A stretch of 63,340 bases of DNA, filler included, from Nemertoderma westbladi (taxonomy: Eukaryota > Animalia > Xenacoelomorpha): the NCBI GenBank assembly GCA_032718475.1. It is 3 parts of 3 records of this genome, joined end to end, with 100 filler letters (N's around TTAATTAATTAA, not from the genome) between each part and the next. Parts side by side here need not be neighbours in the genome. Positions count along the whole stretch, not along the records: positions 25,525 to 54,473 come from JAUCBJ010007535.1; 2 more parts are not named here. One strand, given 5' to 3'. Below are positions 33,669 through 46,320 of this stretch, one piece after another; positions within the stretch are counted from its first letter, which is position 1; the number at the start of each line of letters is the position of its first letter. Both the position numbers and the translations under genes were made by a program. The notes under the pieces are model-generated. The model was not told the DNA's origin and made no database searches. It saw only the letters and a program-made list of their open reading frames with translations.

Positions 33669-35146
33669 CCATATTAAATCCGGGGGTGGGTGGTCAATAT
33701 GACCCCCCCCCCGTGTTTTTTTTTGTTATAATTCTGAAACAAACGCAGTTGGGTATCTGAAATTTTAGGACTTTTCCTAAAATTCTATTGTATTCCTAGT
33801 CGTGAAAACCGTTTTCAAAAATATTGGGTAGTTTTCGAGTTTACTGTAGCACCATTTTTTAACACTACTTTTGGCACTTTTTTTGAGACGTTTTTTGAAA
33901 ATTACATTTCAGTAAATATGATTTGTAACATCTCTATTTTTGATTTACACCGGTTTTGTGGTGTTAGCAATTGGATATAAATTGATTTAAAAATTTCAAA
34001 CTTGTTTTTTTCCCCGGGTGCCAAATTTTGGTGCCGCAGCACCAAATTTTGAAATATGTCAATTTTGTAAATTGATTGTTTGACACTTGTTTTTTACGCA
34101 ATTGGGGTTTTTCGGGGTTCTGGTTTCGATGGAATATATACGAGTTGCACCAGGCGTATCAAACTTGTATTTTTCGGTGTTGTGTGCAAATTTTGGTGCT
34201 AGCACGAAATTTTGAAAATCCATTCAATAGATAAAATTGCTTGTGACAATTTATTTCTTGCGTTTTAGAGGTTCATGGCTGTTCTGAATTCAATGGAATA
34301 TATAATTATCGAACTAGACATCTCAAACTTGTATTTTTCGGAAATGGGTGCAAAATATGGTGCGAGCACCAAATTTTGAAATCCATGAAATATATCAATT
34401 GATTGTGTCACCTTGTTTCTTGCGTTATACGTGTTTGTGAGGGTTCTGAATTCAATGGAATCAGTAAAACTTTTCAAACTTGAATTTTTCGGAGGTGGGT
34501 GAAAATTGTTGTGCCAGCACCCAATTTTTGAAAATAAGCAAATTGATCAGTAGATAGTATCATATTGTTTCATGCGTTATACGGGTTTATGAGGGTCCTG
34601 AATCCGATGGAATCAATAAAAACTGCACTGGACATGGCAAACTTGTACTTTTTGGTGATGGGTACGAAATTTGGTGCTACAGTAGCACCAAAATTTGACA
34701 AATTACGCCGAAAAATACAAGTAGCAATGAACTGGCATATTTGAAATGTATTCCATTAGAATCAGCGCCCCAGAAAACCTGAAAATGTGAATTCATAGCA
34801 TCGTATAAGTGAATAAAAAATTTTGTGTTCTAACTGAAAAGTTACATGTTTTTTTCATTTTTTTCCAACGCAGAGAGGACTAAACAGCCATTTATAGTAA
34901 TCATATCATTTTTAAATATTTTCCAATGTATTTTGCGCCCCCGAAAACCTGTATTGAAGAACAATTAGCCGAAAAATGCAATTTTCAAAGTTTGTGAAAA
35001 TTGTGCACTACTTTTAATTTTGGTGCGCAATATAACCACCCCAGTACATTTTTTTTAAATTTTTTATTGGTCGGATCCAGACTAGTGATACCAGACTAGT
35101 GACTAGTGATATTTGTATAACATTTTATAGCCCGGTACTAATAGGG
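33669..35146. mobile_element. piggyBac-type non-autonomous element with TTAA TSD (duplicate 47282-48737)
   Basis: TTAA|CCATATTAAATCCGGG...CCCGGTACTAATAGGG|TTAA; the minisatellite unit resumes after the second TTAA. Confidence 0.85.
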
Positions 35147-35730
35147 TTAAACTGGCTAGGAACCAGTCCACCTCACCACTACTACTCCAGCAATGCAATG
35201 GTGCTACTGTATATTAACTGGCTGGGAACCTACAGTATATCATCTCAAACATTGACTGCGAAAGGAGCCAGACAGATAACTTATTGTTTATTTCGTAAAA
35301 TGATTGGCTAGGGTATTTAATGGTAATTCTTTAGAATTAGCTAAATAATTATGTTGAGGCATTGACATGGTAAATTAATTTAATAATATTTCAGTACCAA
35401 TACTATCGGCATAAGGAGTTTTACTATTTCTTACAAATTGGGTCGCATCACGCCTAAATTATCGTACTTTTAAAACCCAAATTCTCTGTTAATACCTGGG
35501 TGTCATCAATCCTTTGTCCTCCTTTGGGTTGGGGTGGGTGGAGATAAACGTAAACATTTATACAGTATATTAGTAGACCATTGTGGTTACGTAGTACCGG
35601 TAGTTCGGTATAATTTATCGTTATTTCATATAGATTGTGATAAGATTTGTAATCCGAGGTTTCATCGGTCTATTTTGATGGTTGAGGGGTTTAGATTGCA
35701 CATTGCAGATGTTTGGAGTATATTCTAGTT

Positions 35731-36306
35731 AGGTCTTGATAACTCCACCTACTGGCTCCAGAAGTCGAGGAAATCATGCCAAGTACCTAACTGATCTAGA
35801 CTTTGCTGATGACTTAGGAGTACTCTCAGAATCATTAGAGGGAGCCCAACGGCTCCTCAGCTCATTAGAACATGCTGCTTCTAGTGTTGGTCTTTTTATT
35901 AACTCCAGAAAGACCAACATTTTGACAGTTAACTTTGAAAGTTCTCAGCAAGTCTCTGATCGGAAGAGCATAAGCTCAAAGGATGGTATGCTTGAGCATA
36001 TGGACGACTTTTGTTACCTGGGATCATGGATCCGGAAGTCAGGTGAGGACCTTCGAATACGTAAGGGAAAGGCATGGGCAGCCTTGAATAGGCTTTCCAG
36101 GATTTGGAAGTCACCGAGAATTAATCGGAAACTTAAGGTCCGATTATTTAGAGCAGCAGTAGTTCCAGTACTCCTCTATGGGAGTCCATGCTGGGCTCTA
36201 AGTGCTGAGGACACCAAATCTCTGGATGGCACATTCACAAGAATGCTACGCCGGGTTCATTGTGTCAAGTACAATGCACAAATTTCCAACCAGACACTAT
36301 ATAACA
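35731..36306 (+). mobile_element. RTE-like LINE reverse transcriptase C-terminal fragment (duplicate ~49323-49856, frameshifted)
   Basis: DLDFADDL, FCYLGS, RKGKAWAA, VLLYGS, RMLRRV. Confidence 0.92.
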
Positions 36307-37240
36307 TTGGAGACTATGAGTCCATAGCTTTCCAGTTCGTTTTTTGAACTGGGTTCCAGCCGAAAACAATCCATTTCCAGAGATAAAATCCTGAAGATGG
36401 GCGGAATTTCGGTTAACACTATTGCTATAGACCCAGGGCGATGTAGGTGATTGATGCAGACTTGCATTAAAGTCTCCCAGGAATGTTAAGAATGCATGCT
36501 GATCCACTCCATCAGTAGCCGCTTGTAGATTCTGGTAGAAATTTTCCACCTCCTCTACAGGGGCAACACTAGTTGGAGAGTAGCACACAATCAGAATCAC
36601 CTTAGGAAACTTCTTAGCCAGTCTTCCAGAACATGAGAAGTGGCAACGGATGATGCGGTTAGAGATATGGTCTATTTTGTCCAATGCTGCATGTGCAGTT
36701 GGATTCATCAATAGACCAATTCCACCATTGCCACTATCATCTGCTGAAGCGAGGGCGAGTCGCCAACCGCCCCCATGTCCTTAATCAGAACCTCATCAGT
36801 CTGTCCAGTCTGCATTCGGTACTCTTGAACACCCACTGCACTAAGAGAAAGCTTATCTGCCAAGGCAGTCAGCTCACCTTGTCGCATTGGGGACCCGAGT
36901 GTTAGGGTGTTTACTGAGGCTAGTCTAGTGACTTGCCTCAGATTCACCAATGGCTTTGTTGGTCGGGGTGGAACATGAGAGTAGCCTCCAACTCCAGAAT
37001 CCCTCTCCCCTTCACAATCAGGCCTTCCTGGTGACCCAGGGTTTGGGCCAGAAATGTCATCAGGAAAGGGACTCAAAGAATTGTTTGCCGCTCTCTCTCC
37101 AGTAGGGGGTGAGACAGGCAGCCGGTCAGGAGATAACTGACGCCTGTGAGGCCGATTGTGTCCGGTAATTCCACTGGCCTCTAGTGGCTGGACCTCCGCA
37201 TTACTAATGTAATCCATAGTGGAGGTTGGGGGGTGCTTTT
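36307..37240 (-). mobile_element. RTE-like LINE 5' part with disrupted APE endonuclease, inverted relative to the RT fragment
   Basis: LASVNTLTL...VGVQE (36708-37217 frame) and VCYSPT, LGDFNA, KLWTH (36265-36711 frame). Confidence 0.88.
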
Positions 37241-37241
37241 T

Positions 37242-39375
37242 TTAGTGCACGTGCAGATGATATATAAATATGTGTGGGAGATTTGAGAACTGCATACGGA
37301 ACAGACACCATCATTAAATAAAACACCACCCCGATAAGAGATAACTGTCAAGTTTCAACTTTAGGCAGATTGTAAATAACAAAATTTCCAGAAAATGATC
37401 ACTTTCAGATCCACCCTCTACCTGCGGACTGGTGAAATGCAGACGGCGCTGCAGTTTGGTAAAGATGGGGTTTATGGTGAAGTAAAATGCCTGCCTTTCA
37501 AGTTTCAGCTTAAACAGATTGTAAATAACAAAATTGGTGTAGATGTTCACATTCAGACATTTCGCCCTCTAGCGGTAGACTGAAGAACTGTAGACGACTC
37601 TGGGACTCCGTAAAGATACAGAATATGCTGTAGTAGATTCCTGCCAAGTTCCAGCTCAATAGGATTAAAAAGAACCAAATGGGATGAGGTGTTCACTATC
37701 AGATATGTCGCCCGCTAGCGGCAGATGGGGGGACTGTATACAACTCTGTGACTCCGTAAAGGTACAGCCTATGCTGTAGTAGATGCCTACCAAGTTGCAG
37801 TCTAAACCGTTAGTAAATAACAAAGTTGGAGAAGATGTTAACTTTCAGACATTTCACCCTCTAGCGGTAGACTGGGGAAGTGAATAGGATTCTGCAACCC
37901 CGTAAAGATACAGCCTATGATGTAGTAGATACCAACCAAGTTTCAGCTCAAAATGATTAAAAAGAACCAAATGGGATGAGGTTTTCACTATCAGACAATT
38001 CGCCCTCTAGCGGCTGACTGTAGAACTGTAGACGAATCTACTACTCCGCAAAGATATAGCCTATGCTATAGTAGATGCCTACCAAGTTTCAGTCTAAAAG
38101 TATTGTAAATAACAAAGTTGGAGGAGATGTTAACTTTCATACATTTCGCCTTCAAGCGGCAGATGCGGGTAATGTAGACAACTCTGCGCGACTCAGTAAA
38201 GATATAGCCTATGCTGTAGTAGATGCCTACCAAGTTCAGTCTAAATGGATTATAAATAACAAAGTTGGAAACAACGAAATGGGAGAAGGTTTTCATTTCA
38301 GACATTTCACCCTCTAGCGGCAGACTGAGGAATTGCAGATTGGTCAGAGTTGTCCACAAAAACGCAGTCTATGGTGTAGTAGACCTCTGCAAAGTATCAG
38401 CATAAAAGCATTATTAATAACGAAATGGGATAAGGTTTTCACTTTCAGACATTTGGCCCCCTAGTGGCAGACAGAGGAATTGCAGATTGGTCAGAGTTCT
38501 CCACAAACACGCAGTCTATGGTGTAGTAGACCTCTGCCAAGTATCAGCCTAAAAGCATTATAAACAACGAAATGGGATAAGGTTTTCACCTTCAGATATT
38601 TCGCCCCCTAGCGGCCGAATGGAGAACTGCAGGTAGTTGGGCGTCCTCCACAGACACACACCATATGGTGTAATACACATCTGCCAAGTGTCAGCCTAAA
38701 AGCATTATTAATAACGAAATGGGATAAGGTTTTCACTTTCAGACATTTCGCCCCCTAGCGGTAGACTGGAGAAATGCAGACTGAATCTAGCTCCTCCCCA
38801 AACACGCTGTATGTTGTAGTAGACCTCTGCCAAGTATCAGCAAAAAAGCATTTTAAACAAAGAAATGGGATAAGGTTTTCACTTTCAGATATTTCTCCCC
38901 CTAGCGGCAGACTGGGGAATTGCAGATTGGTCAGCATCCTCCCCAAACACACAGCCTATGGTGTAGAAGACCTCTGCCATGTATCAGCTAAAAGGCTTTA
39001 ATAATGACGAAATGGGAGATGTTTTCAGTTTCGAATATTTCGCCCACTAGCGGCAGACTGGAGAACTGCAGATTGATCAGTGTCCTCCCAAACACACAGT
39101 CTATGGTCGGGAACAGATCTGCAAAGTATCATTTAGAACAGATTAAGTCTGGTATCAAAAAGTAGCATAATAGTCGAGACCCAACATGTAGAGTGACAGA
39201 ATGAACTGCTAGGCCTACTGCGCTACCGGTACCAAATTCACGAAATCTGCATTCACGCAAACAAACGCGTAAAATAAGACTCGAGATAGCGACAGTGCAC
39301 GTGCTCGTGACAAGAGCTTTCGTTCGATGTATCGCGAGCTCCGATTGGTGCTTGTGTGTAGAAACGTATAGCTTG

Positions 39376-39415
<40 letters not shown>

Positions 39416-39436
39416 CATGCTATTTATATATATAGA
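37242..39436 (-). mobile_element. Non-autonomous Helitron 1 (3' end truncated; X/Y subfamily chimera) with ~146-bp internal repeats
   Basis: Minus-strand 5' TCTATATATATAAAT...(GTCT)n. The left part matches Helitrons 3 and 4; the right part matches Helitron 2. Confidence 0.8.
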
Positions 39437-39440
39437 TATA

Positions 39441-41397
39441 CTAGAAAGCCAGTGGCCCTTCGGGCCACGGCTTTCTAGTTCACAAGCCTATTCACCATTC
39501 CAAACACTAATTAATTAATTAAATTAACAAAACTTCATATGATTGAGAGTGTTCTCTCAAACAAAAGGACTGATGCTGTTTTACTTTTCAGATATCTACA
39601 CTGGTCAACGTCCTTCACATAGATGCAGCCTTATGATGTAGTACAGTAGACCTCTGACAATTATCAGCGTAAAAGTATTTTTAATAAATAAATGTGAGAA
39701 TGTTTTTACTTTTCAGATTCAGATATTTCGCACCCTAGCAGTAGACTGGAAATCCGGAGACTGGTTAGCGTCCTCCCCATACAAACAGCCTATGGTCAAG
39801 CATACCTTTCCCAAGTATAAGCAAAAAAGCATTAGAAACAACGAAATGGGAGAAGGATTTCACTTGAGACATTTCACCCTCTAGCGGCAGACTGAGAAAT
39901 TGCAGATTAGTCAGAGTTTTCCACAAACACTCAGTCTGACAATTATCAGCCTAAAAGCATTAGAAACAACGAAACGGGATAAGGTTTTCACTTTCAGACA
40001 TTTCGCCCCCTAGCGGCCGAATGGATAACTGCAGTTTGTTCGGCGTCTTACCTAGACACACACCCTGTGGTGTACTATACATCTGGCAAGTGTCAGCCTG
40101 AAAGCATATTAATAACGAAATGGGATAAGGTTTTCACTTTCCGACATTTGGCCCCTTATCGGTAGACTGGATAAATGCAGACTGCTTCTAGCTCCTCCCC
40201 AAACACACAGTCTATTGTGTAGTAGACCTCTGTCGAGTATCAGCAAAAAAGCATTATAAACAATGAAATGCATAAAGGTTTTCACTTTCAGACATTGCGC
40301 CCCCTAGCGGCAGACAGAGCTATTGCAAATTGGTCTTAGTTCTCCACAACCACGCAGTCTTTGATGTAGTAGACCTCTGACAAGTTTCAGCCTAAAAACA
40401 TTATAAACATCAAAATGGGATAAGGTTTTCACGTTCAGACATTTCGCCCCCTAGCGGCCAAATGGAGAACTGCAGTTTGTTCGGCGTCTTACCTAGACAC
40501 ACACCCTATGGTGTAATACACATCTGCCAAGTGTCAGCCTAAAAGCATTATTAATAACGAAATGGGATAAGGTTTTCACTTTCAGACATTTGGCCCCTTA
40601 TCGGTAGACTGGATAAATGCAGACTGCTTCTAGCTCCTCCCCAAACACACAGTCTTGGTGTAGTAGACCTCTGCCAAGTATCAGCAAAAAAGCAGTATAA
40701 ACAACGAAATGGGTGACGGTTTTCACTTTCAGACATTGCGCCCCCTACCGGCAGACAGAGGAATTGCAGATTATTCAGAGTTCTCTACAAACACGCAGTC
40801 TATGGTGTAGTCGACTTATGCCAAGTATCAGCAAAAAAGCATTATAAACAACGAAATGGGATAAGGTTTTCACTTTCAGATATTGCTCCCCCTAGCGGCA
40901 GACTGGGGAATTGCAGATTGGTCAGCATCCTCCGAAAACACACAGCCTATGGTGTAGTAGACCTCTGCCACGTATCAGCTAAAAGGCATTAATAATAACG
41001 AAATGGGAGAAGGTTTTCGGTTTCTGACATTTCGCCCCCTGGCGGCAGACTGGAGAACTGCAGATTGATCAGTGTCTTCCCAAACACACAGTCTATGGTC
41101 AGGAACGTATCTGCAAAGTATCATTTAGAACAGATTGAGTCTGATGGTGCAACCGCTGTTATATAGTTTCCTACAGAATGAACTGCTAGGCCTACTGCGC
41201 TACCGGTACCAAATTCACGAAATCTGCATTCACGCAAACAAACGCGTAAAATAAGACTCGAGATAGCGACAGTGCACGTGCTCGTGACGAGAGCTTTCGT
41301 TCGATGTATCGCGAGCTCAGATTGGTGCTTGTGTGTAGAAACGTATAGCTTGGACAGACAAACAGACAGACAGACACATGATATTTATATATATAGA
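39441..41397 (-). mobile_element. Non-autonomous Helitron 2 (subfamily Y)
   Basis: 5' TC + TATATA + (GTCT)n; 3' GC-rich hairpin TGGCCCGAAGGGCCA followed by CTAG. Confidence 0.85.
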
Positions 41398-41428
41398 TAG
41401 ATAAATTATACATATTTATATATATAGA

Positions 41429-44088
41429 CTAGAAAGCCTGTGGCCCTTCGGGCCACAGCTTTCTAGTGCACGTGCAGATGATATATGAATATGTGTGGGA
41501 GATTTGAGAACTGCATACGGAACAGACACCATCATTAAATAAAACACCACCCCATAAGAGATAACTGTCAAGTTTCAACTTTAGGCAGATTGTAAATAAC
41601 AAAATTTCCAGAAAATGATCACTTTCAGATCCACCCTCTACCTGCGGACTGGTGAAATGCAGACGGCGCTGCAGTTTGGTAAAGATGGGGTTTATGGTGA
41701 AGTAAAATGCCTGCCTTTCAAGTTTCAGCTTAAACAGATTGTAAATAACAAAATTGGTGTAGATGTTCATATTCAAACATTTCACCCTCTAGCGGTAGAC
41801 TGAAGAACTGTAGACGACTCTAGGACTCCGTAAAGATACAGAATATGCTGTAGTAGATTCCTGCCAAGTTCCAGCTCAATAGGATTAAAAAGAACCAAAT
41901 GGGATGAGGTGTTCACTATCAGATATTTCGCCCTCTAGCGTCAATGGGGGGGACTGTATACAACTCTGCGAATCTGTAAAGGTACAGCCTATGTTGTAGT
42001 AGATGCCTACCAAGTTTCAGTCTAAACCGTTAGTAAATAACAAAGTTGGAGAAGATGTTAACTTTCAGACATTTCACCCTCTAGCGGTAGACTGGGGAAG
42101 TGTATAGGACTCTGCAACTCCGTAAAGATACAGCCTATGATGTAGTAGATACCTGCCAAGTTTCAGCTCAAAATGATTAAAAAGAACCAAATGGGATGAG
42201 GTTTTCACTATCAGACAATTCCCCCTCTAGCGGCTGACTGTGGAACTGTAGACGACTCTACTACTCCACAAAGATATAGCCTATGCTATAGTAGATGTCT
42301 ACCAAGTTTCAGTCTAAAAGGATTGTAAATAACAAAGTTGGAGGAGATGTTAACTTTCATACATTTCGCCCTCTAGCGGCAGACGCGGGTAATGTAGACA
42401 ACTCTGCGCGACTCAGTAAAGATATAGCCTATGCTGTAGTACATGCCTACCAAGTTCAGTCTAAATGGATTATAAATAACAAAGTTGGAGAAGATGGTAA
42501 CTTTCAGACATTTCACCCTCTAGCGGTAGACTGGGGAAGTGTATAGGACTCTGCAACTCCGTAAAGATAGAGCCTAGGATGTAGTAGATACCTGCCAAGT
42601 TTCAGCTCAAAAGGATTAAAAAGAACCAAATGGGATGAGGTTTTCACTATCAGACAATTCGCCCTCTTGCGGCTGACTGTGGAACTGTAGACGACTCTAC
42701 TACTCCGCAAAGATATAGCCTATGCTATAGTAGATGCCTACCAAGTTTCAGTCTAAAAGGTTTCTAAATAACAAAGTTGGAGAAGATGTTAACTTTCATA
42801 CATTTCGCCCTCTAGCGGCAGACGCGGGTACTGTAGACAACTCTGCGCGACTCAGTAAAGATATAGCCTATGCTGTAGTAGATGCCTACCAAGTTCAGTC
42901 TAAATGGATTATAAATAACAAAGTTGGAGAAGATGTTAACTTGCAGACATTTCGCCCTCTAGCGGTAGACTGAGAAATTGTAGACGACTCTGCGACTCAG
43001 TAAAGATTCAGCCTATGCTGTAGTAGATGCCTACCCAGTTTCAGTCAAAACGGATTGTAAATAATAAAGTTGGAGAAGATGTTAACTCTCAGACATTTAG
43101 CCCTCTAACGGTAGACTGGGGAACTGTAGACAACACAGTGACTCCGGAAATATACAGCCTATGCTGCAGTATATAGCTACCACGTTTCAGCTCAAAAGCA
43201 TTAAAAACAACCCTATAAGATCAGGTTTTCACTATCGGATAATTCGCCCTGTAGCGGCAGACGGTGGAACTTCAGACGGCTCTGAGTATTACGTTGCAAC
43301 GAGTTAGGGCGAGACCTATCTAACGAGCTATAGTAAGCGAGATTTCATCGAGATTAGATGTATAATATTAGATAAAATAATAATACAGTAAGTATAGGCC
43401 TACAGAAATAATTATTTTACTTTTAATATTCATAACAGTAAAACAAAAATGTTATAAACCTCTCCTTCCATGCAGCCAATGATTGAGAAAGCAGAATTAC
43501 ACTTGAGCAGTTCGCAACAGACAACCCAAACCCACCCCAATCAACACTACAGCCTGGCTTGCTCCTTATCTGTGCCCAGTTGCTGCGATTTCAATAATTA
43601 CCTTAACGTTGCTATGATACAGAAAAAAATCCTTCCCTATATTCACTACAGCACTAAGAATAGGCCAATTCGATCGTGCTTGGCGAATATGACATATTTA
43701 TACACTATTTGGTTTTTAATCAATAAATAATCATAGATATTTATATTAAACACTCGAATAAAATAAAAACTTTGTGAGAATGGGACACGGCGAATCTACT
43801 CATGTTAATTTTATACCAGATGGGATAAATGTTAGCCCTCTAAATAATTAATTACCGATAGAAGAACCGAAATAATTCGATAAATTTCGCCCGAAAATCA
43901 CGAAAATCGCCCTCTAGCGGCAGACGGGTGAACTTCAGACGACTCTGAGTATTACGTTGCAACGAGTTAGAGCGAGACCTTTCTAACGAGCTATAGCAAG
44001 CGAGATTTCATCGAGATGGGTTCGATTGTATAGCTGATGACAAACAGACAGACAGACAGACAGACAATGCATATTTATATATATTAGA
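41429..44088 (-). mobile_element. Non-autonomous Helitron 3 (subfamily X)
   Basis: Same TC...hairpin-CTAG termini; about 12 internal ~146-bp units. Confidence 0.85.
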
Positions 44089-46320
44089 CTAGAAAGCCTG
44101 TGGCCCTTCGGGCCACAGCTTTCTAGTGCACGTGCAGATGATATATGAATATGTGTGGGAGATTTGATAACTGCATACGGAACAGACACCATCATTAAAT
44201 AAAACACCACCCCCATAAGAGATAACTGTCAAGTTTCAACTTTAGGCAGATTGTAAATAACAAAATTTCCAGAAAATGATCACTTTCAGATCCACCCTCT
44301 ACCTGCGGACTGGTGAAATGCAGATGGCGCTGCAGTTTGGTAAAGATGGGGTTTATGGTGAAGTAAAATGACTGCCTTTCAAGTTTCAGCTTAAACAGAT
44401 TGTAAATAACAAAATTGGTGTAGATTTCCACATTTAGACATTTCACCCTCTAGCAGTAGACTGAAGAACTGTAGACGACTCTGGGACTCCGTAAAGATAC
44501 AGAATATGCTGTAGTAGATTCCTGCCAAGTTCCAGCTCAATAGGATTAAAAAGAACCAAATGGGATGAGGTGTTCACTATCAGATATTTCGCCCTCTAGC
44601 GGCAGATACGGACTGTATAGAACTCTGTGACTCCGTAAAGGTACAGCCTATGCTGCAGTAGAAGCCTACCAAGTTTCAGTCTAAACCGTTAGTAAATAAC
44701 AAAGTTGAAGAAGATGTTAACTTTCAGACATTTCACCCTCTAGCGGTAGACTGGGGAAGTGAATAGGATTCTGCAACCCCGTAAAGATACAGCCTATGAT
44801 GTAGTAGATACCAACCAAGTTTCAGCTCAAAATGATTAAAAAGAACCAAATGGGATGAGGTTTTCACTATCAGACAATTCGCCCTCTAGCGGCTGACTGT
44901 GGAACTGTAGATGACTCTACTACTCCGCAAAGATATAGCCTATGCTATAGTAGATGCCTACCAAGTTTCAGTCTAAAAGGATTGTAAATAACAAAGTTGG
45001 AGGAGATGTTAACTTTCATACATTTCGCCCTCTAGCGGCAGACGCGGGTAATGTAGACAACTCTGCGCGACTCAGTAAAGATATAGCCTATGCTGTAGTA
45101 GATGCCTACCAAGTTCAGTCTAAATGGATTATAAATAACAAAGTTGGAGAAGATGTTAACTTTCAGACATTTCGCCCTCTAGCGGTAGACTGGGGAATTG
45201 TAGACGACTCTGCGACTCAGTAAAGATACAGCCTTTGCTGTAGTAGATGCCTACCAAGTTTCAGTCTAAACGGATTGTAAATAACAAAGTTGGAGAAGAT
45301 GTTAACTCTCAGACATTTAGCCCTCTAACGGTAGACTGGGGAACTGTGGACAACTCCGGAAATATACTGGTGGAAACTCAGAGACTCCGGAAATATACAG
45401 CCTATGCTGCAGTATATAGCTACCAAGTTTCAGCACAAAAGCATTAAAAACAACCCAATGAGATCAGGTTTTCACTATCGGACAATTCGCCCTCTAGCGG
45501 CAGACGGGGGAACTTCAGACGGCTCTGAGTATTACGTTGCAACGAGTTAGGGCGAGACCTATCTAACGAGCTATAGTAAGCGAGATTTCATGGAGATTAG
45601 ATATAATATTAGATAAAATAATAATACAGTAAGTATAGGCCTACAGAAATAATTATTTTACTTTTAATATTCATAACAGTAAAACAAAAATGTTATAACC
45701 CTCTCCTTCCATGCAGCCAATGATTGAGAAAGCAGAATTACTCGTGAGCAATTCGCAATAGACAACCCAAACCCACCCCAATCAACACTCCAGCCTGCTT
45801 GCTCCTTATCTGTGCCCAGCCAGCTAGCTGCGAGTTCAATAATTACCTTAACGTTGCTATGATACAGAAAAAAATCCTTCCCTATTCAATAAGAATAGGC
45901 CAATTCGATCGTGCTTGGCGAGTATGACATATTTATACACTATTTGCCCATTTAATCAATAAATAATCATACATATTTATATTAAACACTCGAATAAAAT
46001 AAAAACTTTGTGAGAATGGGACACGGCGAATCTACCCATGTTAATTTTATACCAGGTGGGATAAATGTTAGCCCTCTAAAACATTAATTACCGATAGAAG
46101 AACCGAAATAATTCGATAAATTTCGCCCGAAAATCACGAAAATCGCCCAGCGGCAGACGGGCGAACTTCCGACGGCTCTGAGTATTACGTTGCAACGAGT
46201 TAGGGCGAGACCTTTCTAACGAGATATAGCAAGCGAGATTTCATCGAGATGGGTTCGATTGTATAGCCGATGACAAACACACAGACAGACAATCGATATT
46301 TATATATATAGATATATAGA
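44089..46320 (-). mobile_element. Non-autonomous Helitron 4 (subfamily X), directly head-to-tail with Helitron 3
   Basis: Junction ...TTAGA|CTAGAAAGCC at 44088/44089; fewer internal units than Helitron 3. Confidence 0.85.

Larger units (their letters stand above)
32634..36263. repeat. Segmental duplication, copy 1 (copy 2 at 46320-49856)
   Basis: Colinear near-identical sequence including the SINE, 59-bp array, TTAA MITE and RT fragment, with scattered SNPs and indels. Confidence 0.95.

Noticed and set aside
37314-45447. Recurrent short ORFs (MPTKFQSK..., MITFRSTL...)
   Set aside because: Translations of Helitron repeats; no Rep/helicase motifs.
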